Part shown: piece after piece, positions 1 to 9,040 of the stretch
Layout of the letters: each line of letters opens with the position of its first letter
Position numbering within the stretch: position 1 is the first letter of the stretch
From: Candidatus Saccharimonadales bacterium
GTDB taxonomy: Bacteria > Patescibacteriota > Saccharimonadia > Saccharimonadales > DATKHC01
Reading direction: 5' to 3'
NCBI GenBank assembly: GCA_038317055.1
Contig: JBBQBA010000002.1
Span: 182,967-246,966, forward strand
Length of the DNA: 64,000 bases
Program-made: the position numbers and the translations under genes
The notes under the pieces: generated by a model
The model's database searches: none
Told to the model about the DNA's origin: nothing
The model's input: only the letters and a program-made list of their open reading frames with translations

Positions 1-272
1 TCAAAAGTTTCAGAGCTGACCCTGTCATATTCTGGGATACCATTCTCAACTAGTAAATTACCAACAAATATTTGTTGTATATCTGGTTCTGCCTCAAGTG
101 GAGTTAGACCAGTAAGTTCATGTACTACTTCTCTAGTTAAAATATCATGGTAAGATCTCGGATTACGATCTGCTCGCTCTCGTGTGTGTCTTTCAAATTC
201 ACTCGCAGCAAATTCCGCAGTTGCATCCATAAAACGTATATTTTCTGTAACATTTGTTTGTAGCGAGGACAT
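1..272 (-). CDS. Hypothetical acidic protein, runs off the window start
   Basis: Read manually: ATG at 272, MSSLQTNVTENIRFMDATAEFAASEFERHTRERADRNPRSY..., no stop before position 1. Confidence 0.55.
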   Translation of the reverse strand, partial: MSSLQTNVTENIRFMDATAEFAASEFERHTRERADRNPRSYHDILTREVVHELTGLTPLEAEPDIQQIFVGNLLVENGIPEYDRVSSETF

Positions 273-424
273 TATTGGTATTATAAAGATATTTATTATC
301 TAAGTCTAACTCTTTTAGTTTTGAAGATATTATATTAAATCTATTTTAAATATTTTAATGCTTATGCTTGAGTATTTTAAGATCAATCAGCATAATAAAT
401 ATATCGAAAAGGAGTATTTTATAT

Positions 425-2011
425 ATGGTAAGTATCAGTGAAAACCCTTTTTTATTTGAATCTATTGAGGATAAAGAAGATCTAAATATCGATCTTTCAA
501 CTAGGGAAGTAGTAAGCCAGGAATTAGTTGCTGTAGTAGGCGTTGTCGCTGTTGGAGTAGATAATATATCTAATTCATCACATAATCACGTAATTAATAA
601 TAGATTAAAAGTAAGTAGAATTATGAAAGGTTCTGAAGGAATAGATTCATTAAGATTTTATCTTAACGACATAGGGGAATACCCCCTTCCAACCAAAGAA
701 GATAATAACTCTTTTGCGTTTGCAATGAGGCTTGGTCTCGCTGCTAAAACTGAACTTGAATCTTTATCTCTACGAACCTCCGATAAAAAAAGAGAAGCTT
801 TAGAAATGCAAGTTCTACTAGGTGAAGAAAATAGAGATTTATTTATTAAATCTAATTTAAGACTAGTGGTGTCTTGGGCACAAAAATATTTTAGCAAAGG
901 CAAATCTTTAGAACTCTTGGATTTAATACAGGAAGGTTATTTTGGATTAGAAAAAGCTGTTGATAAATTTGATCCTGACAAGGGTTTCGCATTTAGTACA
1001 TATGCTTCTTGGTGGATTAGACAGTCTTTAGAACGCGGAATAGATAATTCTGGGTATATTATAAGAATTCCTGGTGAACGTTCTAGGCTTGTTTATGCAG
1101 TCGAACAAATTGAATTCAGATTAGAAGATTCTGGTTTAACAACTCAGAGCTTAACAGAAATCGATGAGTATATAGCTGCAGAACTTTCAGACGATATAAA
1201 TCTGGTAACAATACAAGACGTTAAAGATCTAAGAGCAGATAAAGTTACTCAACGTACTATTTCGTCAAATAAAAATTTTACAGGAATAGATGATTCAGCC
1301 GAACTACAAGATACTATTAGCGATTTTTCTAGTGATCAAGAATATACGGAAATAGAATCTAAACTAGATATGGAAAACTTACTTGCAGAATGGAGAACGC
1401 TACTAGATAAGGACGAGTATCTTCTACTAACAAGAAGGATGGGATTAAAAGAAGAAGATGTTATATCTCCATCAAATGACTTATTGGAAAAACTTCTCCT
1501 TAGAACACAATCAAACCGAAATACCCTAACAAGAGCAATTATGAAAGTCGAAAGAAATCCTGTTTTCAAAGAACTTATTAAACAATGTTATTTATTTGAT
1601 GACGAACAAACTTATTTCGATGTATATTTTATGGGTAGGTACCCGACATTTACTGATCTTACTGAATTAATAGGAAGTAAAAATAAAAAAGACGTAAATG
1701 AATATTATGATAAAGTAGCGACTCATGTGATTGGAATATTACACGACCGGTTTGGAAGTGATCAAATAGAATTAGCTGTAAGAAAAGTTTATGAAGAAAA
1801 TCACAATAGTCCAAGTACGAAAAGAGTAAGAACACCTGACATGCTGTTAAATATTATGTTAAATCGTTTTGGTTTACCGAATAATTTAGGAGATATATCA
1901 TTGTTAAATATTAGAAGTGCCGTGAACGATACTAGATATGCTGGCTATGTAGAAACGAAAGTATTATCACTTTTACTTAATCTTAAAGATGATTATTTAA
2001 TTGGGCGATAA
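425..2011 (+). CDS. Sigma-70 family RNA polymerase sigma factor (RpoD-like regions 1.2-3) with divergent, extended C-terminus
   Basis: Region 1.2 DSLRFYLNDIGEYPL; region 2 NLRLVVSWAQKY...DLIQEGYFGLEKAVDKFDPDKGFAFSTYASWWIRQS; region 3.0 IIRIP; ATG 425 with upstream AAGGAG preferred over TTG 368. Confidence 0.85.
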   Translation: MVSISENPFLFESIEDKEDLNIDLSTREVVSQELVAVVGVVAVGVDNISNSSHNHVINNRLKVSRIMKGSEGIDSLRFYLNDIGEYPLPTKEDNNSFAFAMRLGLAAKTELESLSLRTSDKKREALEMQVLLGEENRDLFIKSNLRLVVSWAQKYFSKGKSLELLDLIQEGYFGLEKAVDKFDPDKGFAFSTYASWWIRQSLERGIDNSGYIIRIPGERSRLVYAVEQIEFRLEDSGLTTQSLTEIDEYIAAELSDDINLVTIQDVKDLRADKVTQRTISSNKNFTGIDDSAELQDTISDFSSDQEYTEIESKLDMENLLAEWRTLLDKDEYLLLTRRMGLKEEDVISPSNDLLEKLLLRTQSNRNTLTRAIMKVERNPVFKELIKQCYLFDDEQTYFDVYFMGRYPTFTDLTELIGSKNKKDVNEYYDKVATHVIGILHDRFGSDQIELAVRKVYEENHNSPSTKRVRTPDMLLNIMLNRFGLPNNLGDISLLNIRSAVNDTRYAGYVETKVLSLLLNLKDDYLIGR

Positions 2012-2995
2012 ATAATATAATAATTTTCCATTACTTCCATCATGAGTAATTGTATTTGCTTCCATCTCACCATTTCCAGTAGTCTTATCAATATTTGCTG
2101 AATTACCATAAATGAAAGTAGGTTTAGAGCCACCACTAATAACTATCTCAACATGGCCACCATTATAGTCAAAATATCCTACATCACCTGGCTTAGCTAT
2201 GTAATTATCGGTAGCTAAATGTTTTGTAAATCCCATATACTGAATATTATTGGCATCGTTTTCGTCCCAGCCATTTGATTCACCTTTAATAAATGGGTAT
2301 CCTGATTGTTTATATATATAGCTAACAAAATCAGCACACCATTCTTCGTATGAGGCTCCATTAGTGTAGGTATTAAGTAAATTCTCATGACTAGAGTTTG
2401 TTGATTTCCAAGCAATCCATTGTTTAGCTGTGTTACATGCTATAACATTACCCTTTGAACCTGAACATTGATCATTTTTAAACGAACTAGTCGGATTCCA
2501 TCCAGCTTGTGCTGTAGTGAGATAATTGCAAGAACCCAACGATAATTGGGATTCTAATTTTGTCTTATTGGACAATAAACAAAGTTGAGTATAAGGATTA
2601 AAGTATCCTCCATTTTTAAGTAGCCATACCTGTTCAGGAAGATTATTGCAAGTTGATAGAACTGCCTTCAGATTGTTGTCGTTTACTGTTAAACAATACT
2701 TTGAGTCGTGAACTATATTGAATTCATTTATATTCCAAACTTGTGCGGAGGAATCATTACATTTCCAGTTATATACCTCAGTATTATTTGCTGTTTTATC
2801 ATTATGTACGTCCATACAGTAACCATTAATACCAGACCTAATACTCGGTCCGTCTGCAGCTGCATGATTTCCAACAAATCGAACTATAGACACAGTGCTT
2901 ATTATTAAAAGTAAAATTATAATGAAAGTACTGTGCGTAAAACCAGACTGACCTAAATTTAATAAACGTTTTCTGTAAAAGTATCTTTTAATCAT
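1997..2995 (-). CDS. Exported ricin-B lectin + CHAP-type peptidoglycan amidase/peptidase
   Basis: N-terminal hydrophobic segment; CxD/QxW beta-trefoil repeats (YCMDV, QVW twice); CHAP motifs WCADFVSYIY and GHV. Confidence 0.8.
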   Translation of the reverse strand: MIKRYFYRKRLLNLGQSGFTHSTFIIILLLIISTVSIVRFVGNHAAADGPSIRSGINGYCMDVHNDKTANNTEVYNWKCNDSSAQVWNINEFNIVHDSKYCLTVNDNNLKAVLSTCNNLPEQVWLLKNGGYFNPYTQLCLLSNKTKLESQLSLGSCNYLTTAQAGWNPTSSFKNDQCSGSKGNVIACNTAKQWIAWKSTNSSHENLLNTYTNGASYEEWCADFVSYIYKQSGYPFIKGESNGWDENDANNIQYMGFTKHLATDNYIAKPGDVGYFDYNGGHVEIVISGGSKPTFIYGNSANIDKTTGNGEMEANTITHDGSNGKLLYYLSPN

Positions 2996-3064
2996 TTTTG
3001 TTTTTGGTGTGATCGGTTACTATTTTCTCTAAATATGTAACAGTTGTCAATAAGAAGTTAGTGC

Positions 3065-3388
3065 TTAGTAATCAGAGTCTAATTTTTTCTCAGTCCTCTT
3101 ATCTTTACGTTCTATCATTTTTGAGCCACGTCGCTTCATAGTAGAGCTAATGAAAGTAGTTAAAATGCCGACTCCTACAAATATATAAAAGGTAGTAAAT
3201 ATTTTTGCGAATGGTGTAGTTGGTACAAGGTTACCATATCCAACTGTAGTTAGAGTAGTTACGCTAAAAAAGTATGAATTTAACCAAGACCATTTCTCTA
3301 CAATATGATACACCACAGTACCAAGTGTTAATGTGGCTACTGTAAGAGCTAGAATGATTCTATATAAATGTTTATCAAATGTTTCCAT
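3065..3388 (-). CDS. Two-TM potassium channel (Ion_trans_2)
   Basis: TTLTTVGYG selectivity filter between two TM helices. Confidence 0.9.
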   Translation of the reverse strand: METFDKHLYRIILALTVATLTLGTVVYHIVEKWSWLNSYFFSVTTLTTVGYGNLVPTTPFAKIFTTFYIFVGVGILTTFISSTMKRRGSKMIERKDKRTEKKLDSDY

Positions 3389-3478
3389 TATTAGTGATTA
3401 TTTCATTCATTAAGTTAATATTCAAATAATTAGCCATTTATCATCTTAATTTAATTAAATCCAAAACTGCAGTTAGGG

Positions 3479-3507
3479 TTGACAAATACTCATTATAGGT
3501 CAATAGT
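3479..3507 (+). promoter_or_regulatory. Putative sigma-70 promoter for the 3548 gene
   Basis: TTGACA (3479-3484), 17-nt spacer, AATAGT; GAGGAG SD before ATG 3548. Confidence 0.45.
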
Positions 3508-3547
3508 ACAACTTATATAATAAATTTGTGTTTAGAGGAGAGATATT

Positions 3548-4630
3548 ATGGCTAATAACAAGGCCAGTACTAAAGAAACCGTTCTCTTGAAACAAGAAAT
3601 AGCTAATTTAAAGATAAAGAACGCTAAATTGGAAGAAGTATCGAAAAAATCAAATAAGACCACTAAACCAGTTAAACGACATGGTCGTAAAATTTTAATT
3701 GGTGTTTTTGCTGCACTTGCAACACTGCTCCTAGTATTTGGAAATATATTCTTTTGGACTGGAAGAACATTAGTTGACACTAATCGTTATGTTTCAACAG
3801 TAGGACCTCTAATAAAGCAACCACCTATTCAGTCAGCAATTGCTCAATATACAACCGACCAAGTATTTAATAATTTTGATGTTCAAGGTTATATTAAAAG
3901 TATTTTACCTCCTAAAGCAGGTATATTAGCACCAGAGTTAACATCACAAGTAAAGAATTATACTCAAACCACAATTAAGTCTCTTCTTAACAATTCTAAA
4001 GTTCAGAGTTTTTGGTATAGTTCTCTAACAAAAAGACATACTGCACTAATTAGCTTTTCAAAATCTTATACAGGTAACGGAACTATTGATGTCAGTGATA
4101 TATATGGCCAATTAAGTAAACGACTTAGTACGACTCAGCTTTCGTTCTTAGCTAACAAACAACTTCCAGACAAAGTTGGATCAATTAAAATTACTACCGT
4201 AGGCTGGCTACCAGCATTTCATAAACTAGTTACTAATATTGATCTATATCAGTTTATAACAACCAGTCTATTTATCATTACATCTGGACTAGCTATCTTC
4301 TTATCATCAAGACGTTTGAGAATGGTAGTAAAGTTAGGGCTTGTGTATGCATTCTTTATGCTAATTACTGTTTTGGCAGTAAAAATTATGCGAGGCGTGT
4401 TCGTGTCTAACATTCACCAGACCTATCAAGCAGCAGCCCAAGCAGCATATGACACTATACTTAAGTCCTTTGTGTCTCAAACATATAGTATATTGATAAT
4501 TAGCTTACTAGTGTCCTTAGCAGCTGGAATTACAGACAAGTTCAATTTAATCAATAAAGCAAAACCTCAATTATTAAAACTTCGACAAAAAATCGCACCA
4601 AAGAATTCAAAAGCAATTATTAAGAAATAG
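3548..4630 (+). CDS. Integral membrane protein of unknown function
   Basis: 360 aa, one N-terminal TM, large soluble loop, three C-terminal TMs. Confidence 0.75.
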   Translation: MANNKASTKETVLLKQEIANLKIKNAKLEEVSKKSNKTTKPVKRHGRKILIGVFAALATLLLVFGNIFFWTGRTLVDTNRYVSTVGPLIKQPPIQSAIAQYTTDQVFNNFDVQGYIKSILPPKAGILAPELTSQVKNYTQTTIKSLLNNSKVQSFWYSSLTKRHTALISFSKSYTGNGTIDVSDIYGQLSKRLSTTQLSFLANKQLPDKVGSIKITTVGWLPAFHKLVTNIDLYQFITTSLFIITSGLAIFLSSRRLRMVVKLGLVYAFFMLITVLAVKIMRGVFVSNIHQTYQAAAQAAYDTILKSFVSQTYSILIISLLVSLAAGITDKFNLINKAKPQLLKLRQKIAPKNSKAIIKK

Positions 4631-4635
4631 TCTTA

Positions 4636-5169
4636 TTAGTTTAAAAGTTTTTTTGTAGATATAATACTGTTCCAATTTCTAGAAGTAGCTTTTATTTTAA
4701 GTTTATTTTCGAAAAGGGTGTTAGTGATTTTCGATCTACCATATCCATTAGCAGCGTATACATAGATACAATCATTAATTTGAACCCATTTATCATCACC
4801 ACCAATATCTGTAGCTATCATACTTATAAGTTTTTCGTCAGGTATTTCATCTAAAAATGTTACATATATTTTTTTGCTATCTAATTTTGGCATGAATGGG
4901 TTTTGTTTAATGTCGATTCTAAACTGATTCTCAGTCTTAATTATTGCCGTAATTTGATAACTGTATGCATTTTTAATTATATTTTCTATTTGTAGTTTAA
5001 CTTGTTTTATATTATTAATATTTGACTCAAAAACCAGGTTACCGGTGTGTACATAGTAACTAATATTCTTTAAACCAATCTGCTCAAGATAGTTTACTAG
5101 ATCTTTCATGTTTATCTTGTTTTTACCAGCTACATTTATAGCCCTCAATAGACACACATATCTATTCAT
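4636..5169 (-). CDS. DUF1697 family protein
   Basis: N-terminal YVCLLRAINVAGKNKINM, TGNLVF, C-terminal TSRNW. Confidence 0.85.
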   Translation of the reverse strand: MNRYVCLLRAINVAGKNKINMKDLVNYLEQIGLKNISYYVHTGNLVFESNINNIKQVKLQIENIIKNAYSYQITAIIKTENQFRIDIKQNPFMPKLDSKKIYVTFLDEIPDEKLISMIATDIGGDDKWVQINDCIYVYAANGYGRSKITNTLFENKLKIKATSRNWNSIISTKKLLN

Positions 5170-5200
5170 ATGTTTTGATTATATCAGTACTAAAAATATA

Positions 5201-7093
5201 TTAGATTGAATTACGATGTCTTCGTGCAACGATTTGAGCACCTATGAGTGAAGCTAGAGCTAAAGTAACAATTGAGATTTCTATCATATTGTTTTTTGAT
5301 GTACTCTTTATCGATGAGGGAACAGTGATAAGATCATTTCCTACATTTGACAGATGAGAGTGATTAATAAATGATGCAAGGTTTACTGAGCTTGAGCCAG
5401 AAGATCCGGGTTGAGTACTATTAGAAGTATTTACGAATGAAGTTTTAACATTTGAACTAGTCTTAGGTAAATAATTCATAATTGGGTTAGCAGGATTAGT
5501 TGAGCTGAGCGTATTACTAGGGTCTCCAGTAGTACTTGCGCTGTTTGCAAAGTCAAGAGCTGATCCTAAACTACCGTTCCATTGTCCATATACATTAATA
5601 AACAGTATACCGAACCATCCTGAAAGATTTAGGTTGCTATTAGTTAAGTTAGCTAGACTTACATCAGTGGTTGCATTTCCGGATGTAGCATTTCCTGCAG
5701 TTGTATTGTTTGTTACCGCTGCATCACCACTTTTTGCGTTAACTTTTATATTATTATTTATCGTATCTAAAGTTGTGTTATTTAGTGTTGCAGTATTAGA
5801 GAGGTTATTTGTAACATTTTGATTGACGCCACTAGCCAATAATGCCGAAGTACTTCCCGATGGTGCGTTCATTATTAGTCCTACCCATTTACCAAGAACA
5901 TTTACAAACACTAGCAGACTATTTGCTGCTACGACTTGTTTACCGGTTAGGTTTAGTAAAGTTACATTAGTGTTAGCAGCGCCAGTTGTAGCGCTACCTG
6001 CGGTCGTGTTGTTGCCGACTGCAGCAGTACCTGATTGCGCATTTGAAAGGATATTGTTATTAATTGCTGTTGTATCAGTGTTATTCGCTATAAGACTATT
6101 ACTTATATTCGTAGAGTTCGTATTATTTGAGCCAACATTAGTATTAAGAATTTCGGGTAATAATATATTTCCAGTTAAGTCTCCATAAATATTTATTTCA
6201 CCGATAAATGATTGGCTAGAATTAATTGCTGAATTAATCAAGTTTACTACGTCCGCTACAGCTGTAGCTGAACCTGTTGTAGCGTTACCCCCAGTTGTAT
6301 TAGAATCTACGTTTGCATTCCCACTCTGAGCGTTTAAGACAATATTGTTATTAAGTGTGTTGTTATTACCATTATTTATAGTGATATTGTTAGCTACAGT
6401 GTTATTTACATTATTTAATGAGCTAGGGTTTATTAATAAATCGCCATTAACACTACCATTTAGATTAGCAACGAAAGTAGATAAACCAGATCCATTAAGA
6501 CCACTTGAGGACTGTAAAAGGTTGATTACACCAGCGGTTGATTGAGCATTACCGGTTGTTGCATTGCCCGCGGTAGTATTACCGGTCACAGATGAATTAC
6601 CAGTTGTTGCATTTGAATTAATGCCATTATTTACTGTAGCGTTATTATAACCACTAAAGAATCCGTCATTTGTAACTTGGCCTGTACCAGTTGAACTTGA
6701 GCTTGGTCCAGCCGCAGGGACCACTGCTTGGGTTGAGGGAACTATAATTTTAGGTTTAATTGAACTTTTCAACACATAGGTGTTAGTGTCAGGGTTATAT
6801 ACGTATAAGTTTGAATCCCATCTGCCTGTAAGATTGTTATATGAATAATCTCCCGGAGAAACTGGTGAAGTGATTCCGGTCTTTGGATTCCAAGTATATA
6901 ATCCATTCACCCAGTTACCTGTGGCTACGTCAAAAGTATATGAAGGGTCTGGAGGTGTAGTAGCAGCTTTAGAAGTGTTATTGCTAGGTTGTGGTGCAGC
7001 AAATGCAGGTACTGCAGTAGATCCAAACATTGTAAGCATAATAAGAACTAAAAGGCTTTGTTTAAAAACTCGGAATATTTTAACGTTTTTCAA
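5201..7093 (-). CDS. Secreted Asn/Thr/Gly-rich four-repeat protein with C-terminal TM anchor (fibre/coat candidate, large paralog A)
   Basis: Signal peptide ending AFA; aromatic Y/W-rich N-terminal repeats (YTFDVATGNW, YTWNPKTG, YSYNNLTGRW); four NTT[AG]GxAT[ST]G units; C-terminal TM + RRHR; SD AGGAGGGT. Confidence 0.85.
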   Translation of the reverse strand: MKNVKIFRVFKQSLLVLIMLTMFGSTAVPAFAAPQPSNNTSKAATTPPDPSYTFDVATGNWVNGLYTWNPKTGITSPVSPGDYSYNNLTGRWDSNLYVYNPDTNTYVLKSSIKPKIIVPSTQAVVPAAGPSSSSTGTGQVTNDGFFSGYNNATVNNGINSNATTGNSSVTGNTTAGNATTGNAQSTAGVINLLQSSSGLNGSGLSTFVANLNGSVNGDLLINPSSLNNVNNTVANNITINNGNNNTLNNNIVLNAQSGNANVDSNTTGGNATTGSATAVADVVNLINSAINSSQSFIGEINIYGDLTGNILLPEILNTNVGSNNTNSTNISNSLIANNTDTTAINNNILSNAQSGTAAVGNNTTAGSATTGAANTNVTLLNLTGKQVVAANSLLVFVNVLGKWVGLIMNAPSGSTSALLASGVNQNVTNNLSNTATLNNTTLDTINNNIKVNAKSGDAAVTNNTTAGNATSGNATTDVSLANLTNSNLNLSGWFGILFINVYGQWNGSLGSALDFANSASTTGDPSNTLSSTNPANPIMNYLPKTSSNVKTSFVNTSNSTQPGSSGSSSVNLASFINHSHLSNVGNDLITVPSSIKSTSKNNMIEISIVTLALASLIGAQIVARRHRNSI

Positions 7094-7131
7094 GATAACC
7101 CTCCTAGGTCTTAGTTGTTTATATTGGTTTT

Positions 7132-7167
7132 CGAGGGCCCTGTTAGGCGAACCTTTAGGGCCACTCG
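7132..7167 (-). other. GC-rich RNA stem-loop with UUCG tetraloop between the 199-aa and 630-aa genes
   Basis: Minus strand CGAG-U-GGCCCU-AA-AGG-UUCG-CCU-AAC-AGGGCC-CUCG; no U-tract follows on the minus strand. Confidence 0.75.
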
Positions 7168-7205
7168 TTTAACCATTTACTTACTTAACTATTAACTAAT
7201 AAATA

Positions 7206-7805
7206 TTAGTTAGTAACAGTGTAAGTTACTGAAGTATTGCTAGAGTTTGTTGCATTACCGCTAGTAGCTGAGCCACCAGTTGTATTTTCTGAAACACTTG
7301 CATTTCCAGTTGAAGCGTTCTGACTATTGCTAGTATTAACGTTCAAGTTATTGTTGTTATTAACTTCTACTTTGTTGCTAACTTTTGTAATAACTTTGTT
7401 TGTTGATTCTGGACCAGTTTCAGTTATTGAACCTGCACCGGAACTTGTTGGGTCACTGCTCATTGACCATCCACCTGAACCTGCACCTGAGTTGTCAACT
7501 GAGATAACTGCAGAAGTGCTGCTGTTATTAGTTGCTGCACCAGTAGTAGCACCGCCACCAGTAGTGTTTTCGTGACTAGAAGCGTTTCCAGTTGAAGCCC
7601 ACTGTGGGTTTGTACTATTGAAGTTTAGGTTGTTATTATTATTTGTTCTCCAACAAGAACTGCTGTGAAAGACAACTACGTTGTGAGACTCAGGTCCTGT
7701 GTTAGTTATTGTTGATGATCCGGTAGCTCCAACAACTCCACCAGTCATGCCTGCGACTAGGCCTAGTGATGTTACTAGAGATGCCCCTGTTTTGAGTAAG
7801 TTCAT
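7206..7805 (-). CDS. Small secreted two-repeat Asn/Thr/Ser-rich protein (candidate major fibre subunit)
   Basis: Signal peptide; two ~75-aa tandem repeats (ITxTGPES...NNNNNLNxNxxNxQxASTGNAS..ENTTGG.AT.G.ATN.S.TS); no anchor; SD AGGAGGGT. Confidence 0.85.
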   Translation of the reverse strand: MNLLKTGASLVTSLGLVAGMTGGVVGATGSSTITNTGPESHNVVVFHSSSCWRTNNNNNLNFNSTNPQWASTGNASSHENTTGGGATTGAATNNSSTSAVISVDNSGAGSGGWSMSSDPTSSGAGSITETGPESTNKVITKVSNKVEVNNNNNLNVNTSNSQNASTGNASVSENTTGGSATSGNATNSSNTSVTYTVTN

Positions 7806-7831
7806 ACATACCCTCCTAATTATTTAAATAT

Positions 7832-7857
7832 TGATTTTGGGCGATCGCCCAATATCA
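7832..7857. promoter_or_regulatory. Palindrome/hairpin in the 5' region of the 199-aa gene
   Basis: Perfect 16-bp palindrome TTGGGCGATCGCCCAA (7837-7852), extended by TGAT/ATCA. Confidence 0.65.
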
Positions 7858-7902
7858 TAAAACCTAGCAAGATTTAATGATATTGACTGACCGATTATTT
7901 GC

Positions 7903-8388
7903 CTAGTTGTTAACCTCCTCAGTGCTCGACTGGGTATTAATATGCAAGCTTTGGGTTGAGGTACCATGTGAAGTAGTTGAAGATGACTGTGAATTATCAA
8001 TAGATATATTTACGTGAGATCCATTACCACCATCAACGCTTTTAGATACGGAACCATTTTCAGGTACCGGTATTTGTTGACCGTTAACAGTTACATTTGT
8101 AGTAGTTGATGCTGAGGCTGATGATCCAGATGGGTCTGGTATTGTAGTCTGACTAATATCAGGGATTACATTCTTATTTATACTTACTAGACCTGGGAAG
8201 GATCCATCGTATAATGATGAGGTAGCTGTGTTGTCTTTTATGACTTCACCACTGCGACCAATTCCAATCAGATAAATAAATGATAAGAACATAATGACGA
8301 TCAATGAGATTATAATTGCAATATTTCTAGAAAAGGGAGAATACTCATTCAAACTTTTCATTGCCAACCCTATACTGTTTATGTTCAT
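7903..8388 (-). CDS. N-terminally membrane-anchored Ser/Thr-rich protein, first gene of the repeat-protein operon
   Basis: Single TM near the N-terminus; beta-rich C-terminus TNVTVNGQQIPVPENGSVSK...HVNISID; SD GAGGAGGGT. Confidence 0.7.
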   Translation of the reverse strand: MNINSIGLAMKSLNEYSPFSRNIAIIISLIVIMFLSFIYLIGIGRSGEVIKDNTATSSLYDGSFPGLVSINKNVIPDISQTTIPDPSGSSASASTTTNVTVNGQQIPVPENGSVSKSVDGGNGSHVNISIDNSQSSSTTSHGTSTQSLHINTQSSTEEVNN

Positions 8389-8932
8389 TTGACCCTCCTC
8401 ACGAAATTAACTTTTCACGCTCAAATCCCATATTACATTATATGGATATAAACGCAAATATATGTAAGAATTATTGCAATTTTCTTAACATTAAATAACA
8501 GATTATGCTCTTGAGATAATGAATGATGTCAATATTACTTAATATTATTAACTAAACATAAGCATTTTGAATGAACAAACAACAAACTTGTTTCACGCTT
8601 TTGTTTATAAAATTGGTAATTTAAAGCATAATCACTTTTATTTAAAATACCTAGATAGCAGGTTATGTTGCCTGACTTTTTTTAAAATAATTAAAATATT
8701 AATATTTTTGTTCTGCAAAAATTAATAACTTTTTGTTTACTTTTGATTTATGGATAATTAATTATAAATTACTCAATATACAATTTTTAAATTATTACAA
8801 CGTTCAGATATTAACAACGATACAGACGTGAAAATGCTTGATATTTAATCCAATGGAGCTAGTAAAAATAAACTCGATTATATTGATATTGAACACTAAA
8901 TTTATAGTCATAAATTTATTACATAATTAGCC

Positions 8933-8960
8933 TTGACTTACAAATTAGGGGTTATACAGT
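8933..8960 (+). promoter_or_regulatory. Putative promoter for the 9041 gene
   Basis: TTGACT-N16-TACAGT. Confidence 0.35.
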
Positions 8961-9040
8961 AAGGGTATTAATAGGGGTTACGTATCTGTTAATTTAGCTA
9001 TAAAAATCATGACTAAATTACAAGAAGAAAACATTTAATT

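Noticed and set aside
5634-7575. Several + strand ORFs (62-121 aa) over the repeat genes
   Set aside because: Antisense shadows of low-complexity Asn/Thr codons; no SD or motifs
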